Of a stretch of DNA of 59,355 nt, positions 9,396 to 18,293 are shown piece by piece; positions within the stretch are counted from its first letter, which is position 1; each line of letters begins with the position of its first letter. The position numbers and the translations under genes were made by a program. The stretch is from Candidatus Altiarchaeota archaeon (lineage in GTDB: Archaea > Altiarchaeota > Altiarchaeia > IMC4 > SCGC-AAA252-I15). The stretch is from positions 1 through 59,355 of the forward strand of contig JBFYKH010000079.1 in assembly GCA_041306075.1 (NCBI GenBank). The letters are read 5' to 3'. Under the pieces are notes generated by a model, which was not told where the DNA came from, ran no database searches, and saw only the letters and a program-made list of their open reading frames with translations.

Positions 9396-9674
9396 ATGCC
9401 GAAGATAACAGTGGAGAGCGGGATGGTTTTGAACCTAGGGGGGTTCATCGTAGAGAGGAAGGCGAAGCTGCCGTGCGTCGACGTGGTCCTCGGCAACCCG
9501 CTCAGGCAGGACGTGAAGGTCAGGGCCCCGATATACAGCCAGGGGATGCTGGACGACATGGCGGCCCAGGGTCTGATAATCGAATACATAAACGAGGGGG
9601 ATACCCTCAAGGACAAGCTAGACAGTGTGAGAAGGAGGGTCGAGGACGCCCTGGGCAAGCCCCCGGCCCCGTGA
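9396..9674 (+). CDS. ehbP: Ehb subunit P
   Basis: NLGGFIVE...GNP...KV.APIY pattern recalled for EhbP; last gene of operon. Confidence 0.7.
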   Translation: MPKITVESGMVLNLGGFIVERKAKLPCVDVVLGNPLRQDVKVRAPIYSQGMLDDMAAQGLIIEYINEGDTLKDKLDSVRRRVEDALGKPPAP

Positions 9675-9710
9675 CCCCGCGCTAATATACCCAACGGCTA
9701 ATCCTTTAAC

Positions 9711-10130
9711 ATGCTAGTGCGCGACGCGATGTCTCCGAGGCTCATCACACTGTCCTCGGCCCAGACGGTGTACGAGGCCGTAGGCCTCATGGTCGCCAAC
9801 AACATAAGCGGCCTGGCCGCCATAGACAACGGCATCGCAGCGGGCATCATCACGCTCAAGGACGTTGTCCGCCGGGGCGTCGCGAAGGACAGGGACCTCA
9901 GGAGGACGCCCGTGTCCGAGCTCATGACCCGCCCGGTCATAACAATAAACGACAAGGCCCCCATCGAGAAGGCCGCGGACGCGATGAAGGACAGGAAAAT
10001 CAAGCGGCTCGTCGTCGTGGACGACGGGTACAAGGTCGTCGGGATAATAACCGCCATGGACATAGTCTCCGCGGTGCCGAAGCTCGTGAACGTGATGTTC
10101 AACACCTGGAACAAGCCCGACTGGAAATGA
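9711..10130 (+). CDS. CBS-domain pair protein
   Basis: Two CBS repeats (GIITLKDV; RLVVVD...VGIITAMDI). Confidence 0.88.
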   Translation: MLVRDAMSPRLITLSSAQTVYEAVGLMVANNISGLAAIDNGIAAGIITLKDVVRRGVAKDRDLRRTPVSELMTRPVITINDKAPIEKAADAMKDRKIKRLVVVDDGYKVVGIITAMDIVSAVPKLVNVMFNTWNKPDWK

Positions 10131-10178
10131 CTAGCACCCCCGGGAGACTTATGAACGCATCAGCTTGCAGACGATGAC

Positions 10179-10823
10179 ATGAAGCCCCACATAGGCACCG
10201 ACGAGTCCGGGAAAGGCGACTACTTCGGCCCGCTGGTGGTCGCGGCCGCGCACGTGGACGACGCCCTGGAGGCTCATCTCAGGGCCCTCGGGGTGAGGGA
10301 CTGCAAGAGGCTCAGCGACGGCAGGGTCATTGAGCTCGCCAAGGGAATCAGGGAGTCGTGCAAGTGGCAGGTGGTGAGGATAAACCCCGAAAAGTACAAT
10401 GCGCTCCACGCGAAGTTCGGGAACCTGAACGAGCTCCTCGCCTGGGCCCATGCGAGGGCGATAGAGAACCTCCTTGCGAAGGTGGACTGCGACCTCGTCA
10501 TATCCGACCAGTTCGGCGACGAGGCCTACCTCAGGAAGCGGCTGATGAAGAAGGGCGCCAGGGTGGAGCTCGTCCAGATGCCGAGGGCGGAGTCCGACAT
10601 GGCGGTCGCCGCGGCGTCGGTGCTTGCAAGAGCGGAGTTCCTCGCTAGCCTCGACTGGATGACGAAGGCCTGGGGCCTCCCGTTCCCGAAGGGGGCGTCG
10701 AACGTCGAGCACCAGGGGCGGATGTTCGTCGCCGCATACGGGTTCGAGAGGCTCGGCGAGGTGGCGAAGGTCCACTTCAAGACGACGGAGAAGCTGAGGC
10801 TCGGGCCCGACAAAGCCGAGTAG
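10179..10823 (+). CDS. rnhC: Ribonuclease HIII-type catalytic domain
   Basis: IGTDESGKGDYFGPLVVA, NLNELLAWAHARAIENL, DQF, AVAAASVLARAEF, VAKVHFKTT. Confidence 0.8.
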   Translation: MKPHIGTDESGKGDYFGPLVVAAAHVDDALEAHLRALGVRDCKRLSDGRVIELAKGIRESCKWQVVRINPEKYNALHAKFGNLNELLAWAHARAIENLLAKVDCDLVISDQFGDEAYLRKRLMKKGARVELVQMPRAESDMAVAAASVLARAEFLASLDWMTKAWGLPFPKGASNVEHQGRMFVAAYGFERLGEVAKVHFKTTEKLRLGPDKAE

Positions 10824-10852
10824 CTTATAATAAACGGTTCGGTATATTGTGG

Positions 10853-12109
10853 GTGGTCGAGCTTAAGCCGTTCAGGAAGCTCCGTTACAAACTGGCGAGG
10901 ATAGAGGACATAAGCCGCGTCGTCACCCTCCCCTACGACGTCATCACCCCCGAGAAGCAGGACGAATACTACAGGCTCTCCCCCTACAACCTCGTGAGGC
11001 TCATACTCGCCAGGGACGAGCCAGGTGACGGCGAAGACGGGAAATACGAGAGGGTGAGGAGGCAACTGGACTCCTGGATGCGGGACGGCATACTCGTCGA
11101 AGACGAGTTGGAGGCGCTCTACATCTATGAGGAGGACTACCCGTTCGAGGGCAGAAGGCACAGGAGGGCGGGGATAGTCGGCCTCGTGAAGCTGGAGCCG
11201 TTCGAGAAGGGCGTCATACTGCCGCACGAGAACGTCCTGGAGAAGCCCCTCAAGGACAGGTTCAAGCTCCTGAAGGCCACGCGCACGCACCTGGAGATGA
11301 TAATCGGCCTCTTCCCGGACAGGGGAGGGACCGCCGCCTCGGTGATGGGCAGGTACATGAAGGGGAAGCCGCAGCTCGACTTCGTCCACGGAGACGACAT
11401 ACGCCACAGGGTCTGGAAGATAACAGACAGGGGCGACATCGAGGCCCTGGGGGGCAACCTGAAGGGCAACAACGTCATAATAGCCGACGGCCACCACAGG
11501 TACACGACCGCACTCAGGCACATGCAGGAGACGAAGAAGCCGGGCGACGGATACATAATGATGCTGCTCTGGCCGATGGACGACGACCTGAGGGTGCTGC
11601 CGACGCACCGCGTCCTCAGGAACATACCGGACAAGGGAGATATGGCTGCGAGGCTCGGCGGCGCCTTCGACGTGAAGGGGGTCAAGGGCGGCCTGGACGA
11701 GCTCCTCGGAGCGCTCGCCAAGTCCGTAAAAGGCTCCTTCGGCATGTACGACGGGCAATACCGCCTCCTCGTACTCAAAGACAGGAAGCTCCTGGACGAG
11801 GTGAGGGACGCAGGCAAGACCGACGCATGGAACAGCCTCGACGTCAACATCCTCCAGAACCTCCTCATCACCCGCGTCCTCGGGGTCGACTACAGGGCGG
11901 CCGCCGACAACGGCGACCTGGCCTTCGTAAAGGATGCGTTGAAGGCCGTGAAGAAGGTCTACACCGGCGAATACGAGGCCGCCTTCTTCCTGAAGCCGAC
12001 GACTATAGAGGAGATACACGCCACCGCGAAGGCGGGGGAGAGGATGCCGCAGAAGTCCACCTACTTCTACCCGAAGCCGCTGTCCGGGGTACTGATGTGC
12101 AGGCTATAA
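10853..12109 (+). CDS. DUF1015 family protein
   Basis: PYDVI, ILPHE, IIADGHHRYTTA, LPTHR, MPQKSTYFYPKPLSG. Confidence 0.9.
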   Translation: MVELKPFRKLRYKLARIEDISRVVTLPYDVITPEKQDEYYRLSPYNLVRLILARDEPGDGEDGKYERVRRQLDSWMRDGILVEDELEALYIYEEDYPFEGRRHRRAGIVGLVKLEPFEKGVILPHENVLEKPLKDRFKLLKATRTHLEMIIGLFPDRGGTAASVMGRYMKGKPQLDFVHGDDIRHRVWKITDRGDIEALGGNLKGNNVIIADGHHRYTTALRHMQETKKPGDGYIMMLLWPMDDDLRVLPTHRVLRNIPDKGDMAARLGGAFDVKGVKGGLDELLGALAKSVKGSFGMYDGQYRLLVLKDRKLLDEVRDAGKTDAWNSLDVNILQNLLITRVLGVDYRAAADNGDLAFVKDALKAVKKVYTGEYEAAFFLKPTTIEEIHATAKAGERMPQKSTYFYPKPLSGVLMCRL

Positions 12110-12132
12110 ATACGAGGGCGTAAGTTACTACC

Positions 12133-13056
12133 ATGGGCGCCCAGGAATCCGGCAGGAACGTCACCGTCGCTGACATTATGACGAGGGACGTGGCCGTCGT
12201 CGCCCCGGACGCCACCGTAAGCCGGGTCACCGAGGTGATGACGTCCAAGAACATAGGGTGCGTGGTCGTCGTCGACGGCGACTCCGTCCTGGGCATAGTC
12301 ACCGAGAGGGACCTCATAAGGCGGGTGCTCGAGGGCGGCAGGGACGCGGCCAAGACGAAGGCCGCCGACGTAATGACGTCCCCGCCCGTCACCATAGAGG
12401 CCGGAACGTCCGTCTACTACGCGAACGACCTGATGGCGAGGAAGGGCTTCAGGAGGCTCCCCATAGTCGAATCCGGCAGGCTCGTGGGCATCATCACGCA
12501 GACCGACCTGGCCCGAGCCATGTCCGCGGCCATGATAGACCTCGTCCCGCGGACCGAGACGAACCTTTCAAGCGCGCCGGAGAGGCTCATCGTGGAGGCT
12601 TCGAAGAGCTACCTGGTGGAGGAGAAGAAGGCCAGCAGGAGCTTCAGCATATTCATCGACTCGGTCAAGCACGGGAGGATGGGAATGTGCATATGCAGGG
12701 AGAACCCGAAGGCCATAAGGCAGCTGTGGGGCCTTGAGACCACGCCGCTCATCTGGGTCACGGACGTGAAGACGGACGAGCCCTCCGTCGACCCGGGCGA
12801 CCTCACCGCGATATCCAACCTGGTGGGCGAGTTCGTGAAGAAGGCCAAGCCGGGAATCGTGTTCATCGAGGCGTTCACGTACATCGTGAGCCGGAACGAC
12901 TACGACAGGGTCCTGAGGATGGTGCAGCACATCAGGGACATAGTGTCGGAGAGCGAGTCGAGCCTTATCCTGCACGTCGACCCCATAGTCCTGTCCGAGA
13001 GGGAGCTTGAGCTTCTCGCCCACGAGACCGACGAGATACTGTTCGGCGGCGGCTGA
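12133..13056 (+). CDS. CBS pair fused to DUF835 (inactive KaiC-like ATPase) domain
   Basis: N-terminal CBS pair; C-terminal CICRENP...IWVT...VDP.DL..I...F...GIVFIEAFTYIVSRN pattern. Confidence 0.8.
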   Translation: MGAQESGRNVTVADIMTRDVAVVAPDATVSRVTEVMTSKNIGCVVVVDGDSVLGIVTERDLIRRVLEGGRDAAKTKAADVMTSPPVTIEAGTSVYYANDLMARKGFRRLPIVESGRLVGIITQTDLARAMSAAMIDLVPRTETNLSSAPERLIVEASKSYLVEEKKASRSFSIFIDSVKHGRMGMCICRENPKAIRQLWGLETTPLIWVTDVKTDEPSVDPGDLTAISNLVGEFVKKAKPGIVFIEAFTYIVSRNDYDRVLRMVQHIRDIVSESESSLILHVDPIVLSERELELLAHETDEILFGGG

Positions 13057-13060
13057 ACCC

Positions 13061-14359
13061 TCATGCCTGAGGCTCGCCGAAGCCGAGGCTCTGACCGACT
13101 ATCCTCTTTATCTCCGCATGGCCTGCGCCTAGGCGGATGAGCGTCGTCGAACCCCGTATCCCGGAGCCGGAAAGGGACAGGGCCGCGAGGCCGAGTATCT
13201 CGAGCTCCTTCAGGTACTCCCCGAACCAGCGCATGGTCCTCGGGGCCCGGCTGAAATGCTTGCAAATCCGCTCGTAGTTCTCGTAGACCTCACCCGAGAA
13301 CAGGACGTCGGACGGCGAGTCCGCGAGCCGCTTGTACTGGCCGCCCCTGCCCATGAGCTCGGCTATGGAGTACAGGACTATCTGCAGGTGCTCGGGGAGG
13401 GTCGTTATCAGCTCGTGGAGTATGTCCTCCTCCACCCGCGACTTCGCGTCCAGGACGTCCTCCCGCTTCACCCTCTTTCGCTTGTGGCCCTGCGCTATCT
13501 CCCCGGCCTTCTGCAGGAGCCTGAGGCCGTAGCGGGCGTCGCCGTTCGTCTGGGCCGCGAGCGCCGCTATGAGCGCGACGTTGGACTCCGAGACCCCGCC
13601 CTTCCTGAACCCGGCCTTCACCCGGTTGGCGAGTATCGTCTTCAGCTGCTGGGCGTTGTACGGCTTGAACACCACCTCCTCCTCGCAGAGGGCGCTCTTG
13701 GTCCTCGGGTCCAGGTTGTTCTTGAACGAGTAGCTGTTGGAGATGCCGATGACGGAAACGCTGCCGCGCCGCGCCTGCCCCTCGAGGGAGACCTCCCGTA
13801 GCTCGTCGTTGACGCGGGTGAACGCGTACAGGAGCTCGTCGACCTCCCGGATCATGTCCACCTCGTCGAGGACCACCACCAGGTGGATGGCGTTCGCCTC
13901 CACGACGGCCTTCAGGCGGCTGTACAGCTCCGTGGGCGAGCGGCCGTTGAGGTTGCCGCTCCGGACTCCGTCGAGCGGCCTTGCCGCGAGCTTCGGGTCC
14001 TTGAGGGCGTCGTCCTCGAGTATCTTCACATAGACCTGGTATTTGCTGTTGTAGCCGAGCCTGCAGTTCATGTACGAGACCAGGACCCGCGCCTTCGCCC
14101 CCTTGTCCTCTTCGGACATGTAGATCTCGAGCTCCCGGGTTATGTTCTTGACCACGCTCGTCTTGCCCGTGCCGGTCTTCCCGTAGACGAAGACGTTGTT
14201 GGACTTGACGCCCTTCAGAAGCGAGGACAGCACGGATGTTATCTGCGTTATCTCGGCCTTCCTGTACGGCAGCTCCTTGGGGACGTAGTGCGGGGAGAGG
14301 ACGGAAAGGTCCCTGAATATCCCGTCCCCCCGGTCCGCCTCGAACATCCTCCCCGACAT
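13061..14359 (-). CDS. cdc6: Cdc6/Orc1 replication initiator (paralog 1)
   Basis: LSPHYVPKELPYR, Walker A GKTGTGKT, Walker B LDEVD, GDARYGL, C-terminal winged helix. Confidence 0.92.
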   Translation of the reverse strand: MSGRMFEADRGDGIFRDLSVLSPHYVPKELPYRKAEITQITSVLSSLLKGVKSNNVFVYGKTGTGKTSVVKNITRELEIYMSEEDKGAKARVLVSYMNCRLGYNSKYQVYVKILEDDALKDPKLAARPLDGVRSGNLNGRSPTELYSRLKAVVEANAIHLVVVLDEVDMIREVDELLYAFTRVNDELREVSLEGQARRGSVSVIGISNSYSFKNNLDPRTKSALCEEEVVFKPYNAQQLKTILANRVKAGFRKGGVSESNVALIAALAAQTNGDARYGLRLLQKAGEIAQGHKRKRVKREDVLDAKSRVEEDILHELITTLPEHLQIVLYSIAELMGRGGQYKRLADSPSDVLFSGEVYENYERICKHFSRAPRTMRWFGEYLKELEILGLAALSLSGSGIRGSTTLIRLGAGHAEIKRIVGQSLGFGEPQA

Positions 14360-14509
14360 CGTGGGCCATAATAGGGAAAGGGGATATAAATCGGGCCCTT
14401 AGGGCGCCTTTGGCATGAACTGGGTTTATTAATGGGAGCAGACTAACAATATAACGCTATCACATGTGCGGTAGCATCATTGCGTAATCGCTTAGTGAGG
14501 TGTGAGATA

Positions 14510-14890
14510 ATGGTGTTTAAGAAGTTTTTAGGCGGCGGGGGAGGCGGTGGTGATGCTCCGAGAAAGGATGAGATAGACATAGAGGACTACCTGAACGACC
14601 TGAGCGTCAGGGACGGGAAGATTATCGAGAGCGAGGACGTCACCTACGTGAAGCCGCTTGACCTCGACAACGACGGCAAGGGCGTCGGCAACGTCCTGGC
14701 CGAGCTTGAGAAGACCAACATCGTCGTCCTCAGCATAAAGAACCTCCACTCGAACAAGACGCTCCTGAAGAGCATAGTCAAGGACCTCAGGGACGCCTGC
14801 GTGGAGATGGACGGCGACATCGGCCGCATCTCCGACGACAAGCTCCTCATAGTCCCCCAGGGGATGAGGATAGTCGGAAAAGGCGGATAA
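14510..14890 (+). CDS. sepF: Cell division protein SepF (archaeal type)
   Basis: NIVVLSI...VKDLR...MDGDIGRISDDKLLIVP pattern; SD GAGGTG before ATG 14510. Confidence 0.82.
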   Translation: MVFKKFLGGGGGGGDAPRKDEIDIEDYLNDLSVRDGKIIESEDVTYVKPLDLDNDGKGVGNVLAELEKTNIVVLSIKNLHSNKTLLKSIVKDLRDACVEMDGDIGRISDDKLLIVPQGMRIVGKGG

Positions 14891-14902
14891 TTCTTCTTTA
14901 AT

Positions 14903-14923
14903 GGCCGGGAGGAAAACCCGGCC
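14903..14923. terminator. 7-bp GC hairpin after sepF
   Basis: GGCCGGG-aggaaaa-CCCGGCC 12 nt after the sepF stop, preceded by TTCTTCTTT. Confidence 0.45.
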
Positions 14924-15088
14924 GACCATGTATTTAAGTCTTGATTGTCATCGGTCCATTGTCTAATCCTGTGGGAAAGCGACAAACAGGTATAGAGGGT
15001 CGCATAATTGTGCAGACCGTTTCCTCCGGCTTGCCGTCCCAAGACCGAAGACTGATGACGGCAGACAGTCCTCAGATCCAACTTACAG

Positions 15089-15793
15089 TTATCCGAACAC
15101 GGACTCGTTGGGGAAGACGATTATTCCCTTGTCCGTCACCTTCATCGGCCGTATGTGCTTGTCGAAGCTGGAGCCGCGCATCTTCTGTATGCTCACGGCG
15201 CTTATCTTCTCGCCGTCGCTCTCTATCATGTGTATCTTCACGACGCCGCTCGTGAGGAACTCCTCCATCACGGTGTCCGGGCCCTCAAGCTCGCTCGTCA
15301 GGAGGGTCGTGCACCCCGTGCCCTCCAGGAAGTTCACGAATCCGAGGAGCTCCCGCCGGGCCTCCGTCTTGGAGTCGTACAGCATCTTGATGCTCGTGAG
15401 CGAGTCGATGACTATCCTCTTCGGCTTGTACTGGACGAGGAGGTTCCGCAGGGTCTCGATGAGGCTCTTCAGGTTGAACTCCGGCTTCGAGATGACGCCC
15501 GTCGTCTTGAGGGCCCAGATGCCTGAAGCCATGTCCTGCATCGTGTCTAGTATCTTTATCCGGTTGATGTCCCATCCGAACGACATCATGTCGTCCTTCA
15601 GCTCCGTCGCCTGCTCCTCAAGGGCCACGTAGAGGCATTTCTCGTTGAGCCTCACGCCCTCCATAAGGAACTGCATGCAGAGTATGGTTTTGCCTGCCCC
15701 CGGCCCGCCGGTGACGAGGTATGTCCGCTCGGATATGAGGCCGCCGTGCAGCATCTCGTCCAGGCCCTCCACGCCGGTGGTTATCTTCTCCAT
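15089..15793 (-). CDS. KaiC-like/RAD55 family ATPase (single domain)
   Basis: TGVEGLDEMLHGG, GGPGAGKT, RIVIDSL, IQKMRGS. Confidence 0.9.
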   Translation of the reverse strand: MEKITTGVEGLDEMLHGGLISERTYLVTGGPGAGKTILCMQFLMEGVRLNEKCLYVALEEQATELKDDMMSFGWDINRIKILDTMQDMASGIWALKTTGVISKPEFNLKSLIETLRNLLVQYKPKRIVIDSLTSIKMLYDSKTEARRELLGFVNFLEGTGCTTLLTSELEGPDTVMEEFLTSGVVKIHMIESDGEKISAVSIQKMRGSSFDKHIRPMKVTDKGIIVFPNESVFG

Positions 15794-15832
15794 GTTTAGA
15801 GATTCGCCGACGGCGTATATATAGTCGCGCCG

Positions 15833-16756
15833 TCAGGCGCGGTCCGCCGGCGGTTTCCCGGCGAGGTCGTATATGCCGAGGAAGCCGCAGTTGAGGCTTT
15901 CCGCATCCAGCACCGAGTCCGGGAGGCCGCATATCAGGTGAGCGCCCGAGCGGATGTGGAAGCCGACGCCCCAGTCGGGTGCGACGCCGTTGATTACCCG
16001 CCGCAGGTGGGTGTTCAGGGTCTCCGTCGACACCGCCTTATGCTCCCTGAACTCCCGGGCCGCGTCCTCGTCCCTCCCGAGCCCCGGCGTCCGCCCGTAG
16101 AAGAAGACGTAGTTCGTCCTCAGCGGGCCGCGGTACTCCTCTAGCACGCCTGTGAGGAGCTTCTGAGACAGGCCGGCGCCCCTTATGCGCTCGTCGACGA
16201 GGGCCAGCATCAGGAATCCGCTCCCGGAGCCGGTTGGTATTACGCCTTCCCGGAGCGACTCTATCTGCCCGAAGGGGATGAACTTGTAGGGGGAGTGGGG
16301 GGACGTGACCGCTCTAGTCAGCTCGTCCATGCCAGCCTTCTCTTTGGCGTCCAGGAGGGCCTTGAACCATTTGTCCGGGTAGGCGAGCGTCCGCTTCGAG
16401 GAGTTGACGCCGACCACGCTCCCGGAGCGTATCGGTTCCCCGCCGCCGAGGCTCAGGTCGCCGCCCGCGTACCTGAGGTTCGCGAATACCATCGGCCCGG
16501 CAAGCATGTTGTCGAACACGGCCTTGGACATCGCCTCCTGGAACCGGGTTTCATGGACTTGTGGGTGCCGCCGGTACCTGAAGAGGACCCAGTCGCGTAT
16601 CTTTTCGTCAAGGCCGGTCATGCCTGGCCTGATGGCCTCGACCACCGATTCGGAGGCGATTTTGCGGGCTAACGCCTTGCCCGCATCCCCCAAGCCCTTG
16701 GGCTCAGGCGCCTGCGGGGACTCGCCAGGCGGCTGCCCCCGGATGACTCGTGCCAT
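15833..16756 (-). CDS. Divergent GNAT-fold protein
   Basis: VDERIRGAGLSQKLL (acetyl-CoA motif A-like), YGRTPG, and GFH..SGA...LPD..D.ES..G..IY resembling YkwB-type GNATs. Confidence 0.5.
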   Translation of the reverse strand: MARVIRGQPPGESPQAPEPKGLGDAGKALARKIASESVVEAIRPGMTGLDEKIRDWVLFRYRRHPQVHETRFQEAMSKAVFDNMLAGPMVFANLRYAGGDLSLGGGEPIRSGSVVGVNSSKRTLAYPDKWFKALLDAKEKAGMDELTRAVTSPHSPYKFIPFGQIESLREGVIPTGSGSGFLMLALVDERIRGAGLSQKLLTGVLEEYRGPLRTNYVFFYGRTPGLGRDEDAAREFREHKAVSTETLNTHLRRVINGVAPDWGVGFHIRSGAHLICGLPDSVLDAESLNCGFLGIYDLAGKPPADRA

Positions 16757-16785
16757 GGTAGATATTGCGCATCATGCGGTAATTA

Positions 16786-16836
16786 TATCGATAAGGAAAA
16801 TAGTTGAACTCTCAAAAAGGGTTTTCCTTATCGATA
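16786..16836. repeat. Perfect 15-bp inverted repeat, 21-bp spacer
   Basis: TATCGATAAGGAAAA (16786-16800) / TTTTCCTTATCGATA (16822-16836). Confidence 0.95.
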
Positions 16837-16856
16837 CCAGCAAATCAGGGCCATAA

Positions 16857-16882
16857 TGAAGTTTGGCAAAAGCCAAACTTCA
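16857..16882. terminator. Perfect 11-bp hairpin downstream of thpR
   Basis: TGAAGTTTGGC-aaaa-GCCAAACTTCA; adjacent A6 run reads as U6 on the minus strand. Confidence 0.6.
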
Positions 16883-16902
16883 AAAAATTACCTGAGTTGC
16901 TA

Positions 16903-17457
16903 TTAGGCCGGCCGCAGGGGGTAGGACGCCAGCGGCGAGTACTTCGGGCCGTCCGGGGAAAGCCTGCTTTCCAGGAGCGCGAACTCCGCCGCATCGTATG
17001 AGCCGTACACAGTCTGCCGCGACTCCACGATGGCCCGGCAGAGCGCCCGGGAATTGATGCCGCCTTTGGCCCGGGCCAGCGTGATGTGCGGATGGAACCG
17101 TCTCTCAGGCGGGTGGCCGAGAGGCTTCAAGGCAGTGTCGACCAGGGCCGAGAGTTCCGCCGCCTCCCTGGCGCCTGCGCCCACGCCCGCCCATATCACA
17201 TTCGGCCTGGATGAGTCCGGGAACGCTCCGAGTCCGCGGACCTCCATCCTGAAGGGCGGCCGCCTCACGCTCGAGAGCGCCGTCTTCAGCCCCGCGACCG
17301 CGGCTTCATCCTGTTCGCCGAGGAATTTCAATGTCAGGTGCATGCCGCCCTCCTCCACCGTCTTGACCTCTCCCATGGCCCGGACCAGAGCCTGGACTCC
17401 GGCCAAGTTGGCCGCCACCTCCCGGGGGCATGCCACCGCGACGAAACAGCGCACCAT
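16903..17457 (-). CDS. thpR: RNA 2',3'-cyclic phosphodiesterase (2'-5' RNA ligase family)
   Basis: Two HxT motifs (HLTLKFLG, PHITLAR); ESRL..DGP.Y. Confidence 0.92.
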   Translation of the reverse strand: MVRCFVAVACPREVAANLAGVQALVRAMGEVKTVEEGGMHLTLKFLGEQDEAAVAGLKTALSSVRRPPFRMEVRGLGAFPDSSRPNVIWAGVGAGAREAAELSALVDTALKPLGHPPERRFHPHITLARAKGGINSRALCRAIVESRQTVYGSYDAAEFALLESRLSPDGPKYSPLASYPLRPA

Positions 17458-17494
17458 ACCGTATTTTTTTAACGCCGCCGAGTATTAATCTACG

Positions 17495-17836
17495 ATGATG
17501 CCGGGCGGAATGAATCCCAGGAACATGAAGAAGATAATGAAGAGGATGGGCATAAAGTCCGACGAGATCGCGGCGGAGCAGGTGATCATCAGGTGCGTGG
17601 ACCGCGAAATCGTGATAGACGAGCCCTCGGTCGTGAAGACGACCGTGCAGGGCCAGGAGATGTTCCAGATACAGGGGAGGGTGAGGGAGAGCGAGTCCGA
17701 GGCCTCCCTCGACATAAGCCAGGAGGACGTGGAGCTTGTGATGGCGCAGGCCAACGTCGGCGAGGAGAAGGCGATAAAGGCCCTGGAGAAGTCGAAGGGG
17801 GACATAGCGGAGGCCATACTCGAGCTGAAATCCTGA
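17495..17836 (+). CDS. nac: Nascent polypeptide-associated complex protein
   Basis: MNPRNMKKIMKRMGI N-terminus; C-terminal UBA-like GDIAEAILEL. Confidence 0.93.
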   Translation: MMPGGMNPRNMKKIMKRMGIKSDEIAAEQVIIRCVDREIVIDEPSVVKTTVQGQEMFQIQGRVRESESEASLDISQEDVELVMAQANVGEEKAIKALEKSKGDIAEAILELKS

Positions 17837-17837
17837 C

Positions 17838-18293
17838 ATGGACGCCGAGGAAGCCTTCGGAAAAATCCTGAACGGCGTCGCCGTCGTCACGGCCGGCGCC
17901 AAGGGGAGGCGGAACGGGATGACGGCGGCATGGTTCACGAGGGTTTCGCACAAGCCGCCGCTCGTCATGGCGGCCGTCGGCAAATCCAGGTTCACGCACG
18001 GGCTCATAGAGGATGCCGGCTGTTTCTGCCTGAACGTCCTTGCCGAGGACCAGCTGGAGCTGGCTAAGAGGTTCGGCTACGGAAGCGGCAGGAAGGCCGA
18101 CAAGCTCGCAGGCCTGCCAGTCTCCAAGGCAGAAACGGGCTCGCCGGTGCTTGAAGGCGTAGCCGCGTACATGGACTGCAGGCTCGCCGGAATGTTCCCG
18201 GCCGGGGACCACACCCTGTTCGTCGGTGAGGTCGTGGCTTCAGGCTCGTCCGGCAGGAGGCCGCTTCCGTGCAGGGCCGAAGACTACAGGTGA
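17838..18293 (+). CDS. Flavin reductase-like protein
   Basis: NGMTAAW, SHKPPLV, GSPVL, GDHTLFVGEV. Confidence 0.9.
   Translation: MDAEEAFGKILNGVAVVTAGAKGRRNGMTAAWFTRVSHKPPLVMAAVGKSRFTHGLIEDAGCFCLNVLAEDQLELAKRFGYGSGRKADKLAGLPVSKAETGSPVLEGVAAYMDCRLAGMFPAGDHTLFVGEVVASGSSGRRPLPCRAEDYR

Noticed and set aside
14360-14509. Replication origin next to cdc6-1
   Set aside because: No recognisable ORB repeats or long AT-rich unwinding element in the 150-bp gap.
15040-15075. Fluoride riboswitch or C/D box RNA suggested by CTGATGAC
   Set aside because: The required 5' pseudoknot partner and a D box are missing, and no crcB-like gene is downstream.
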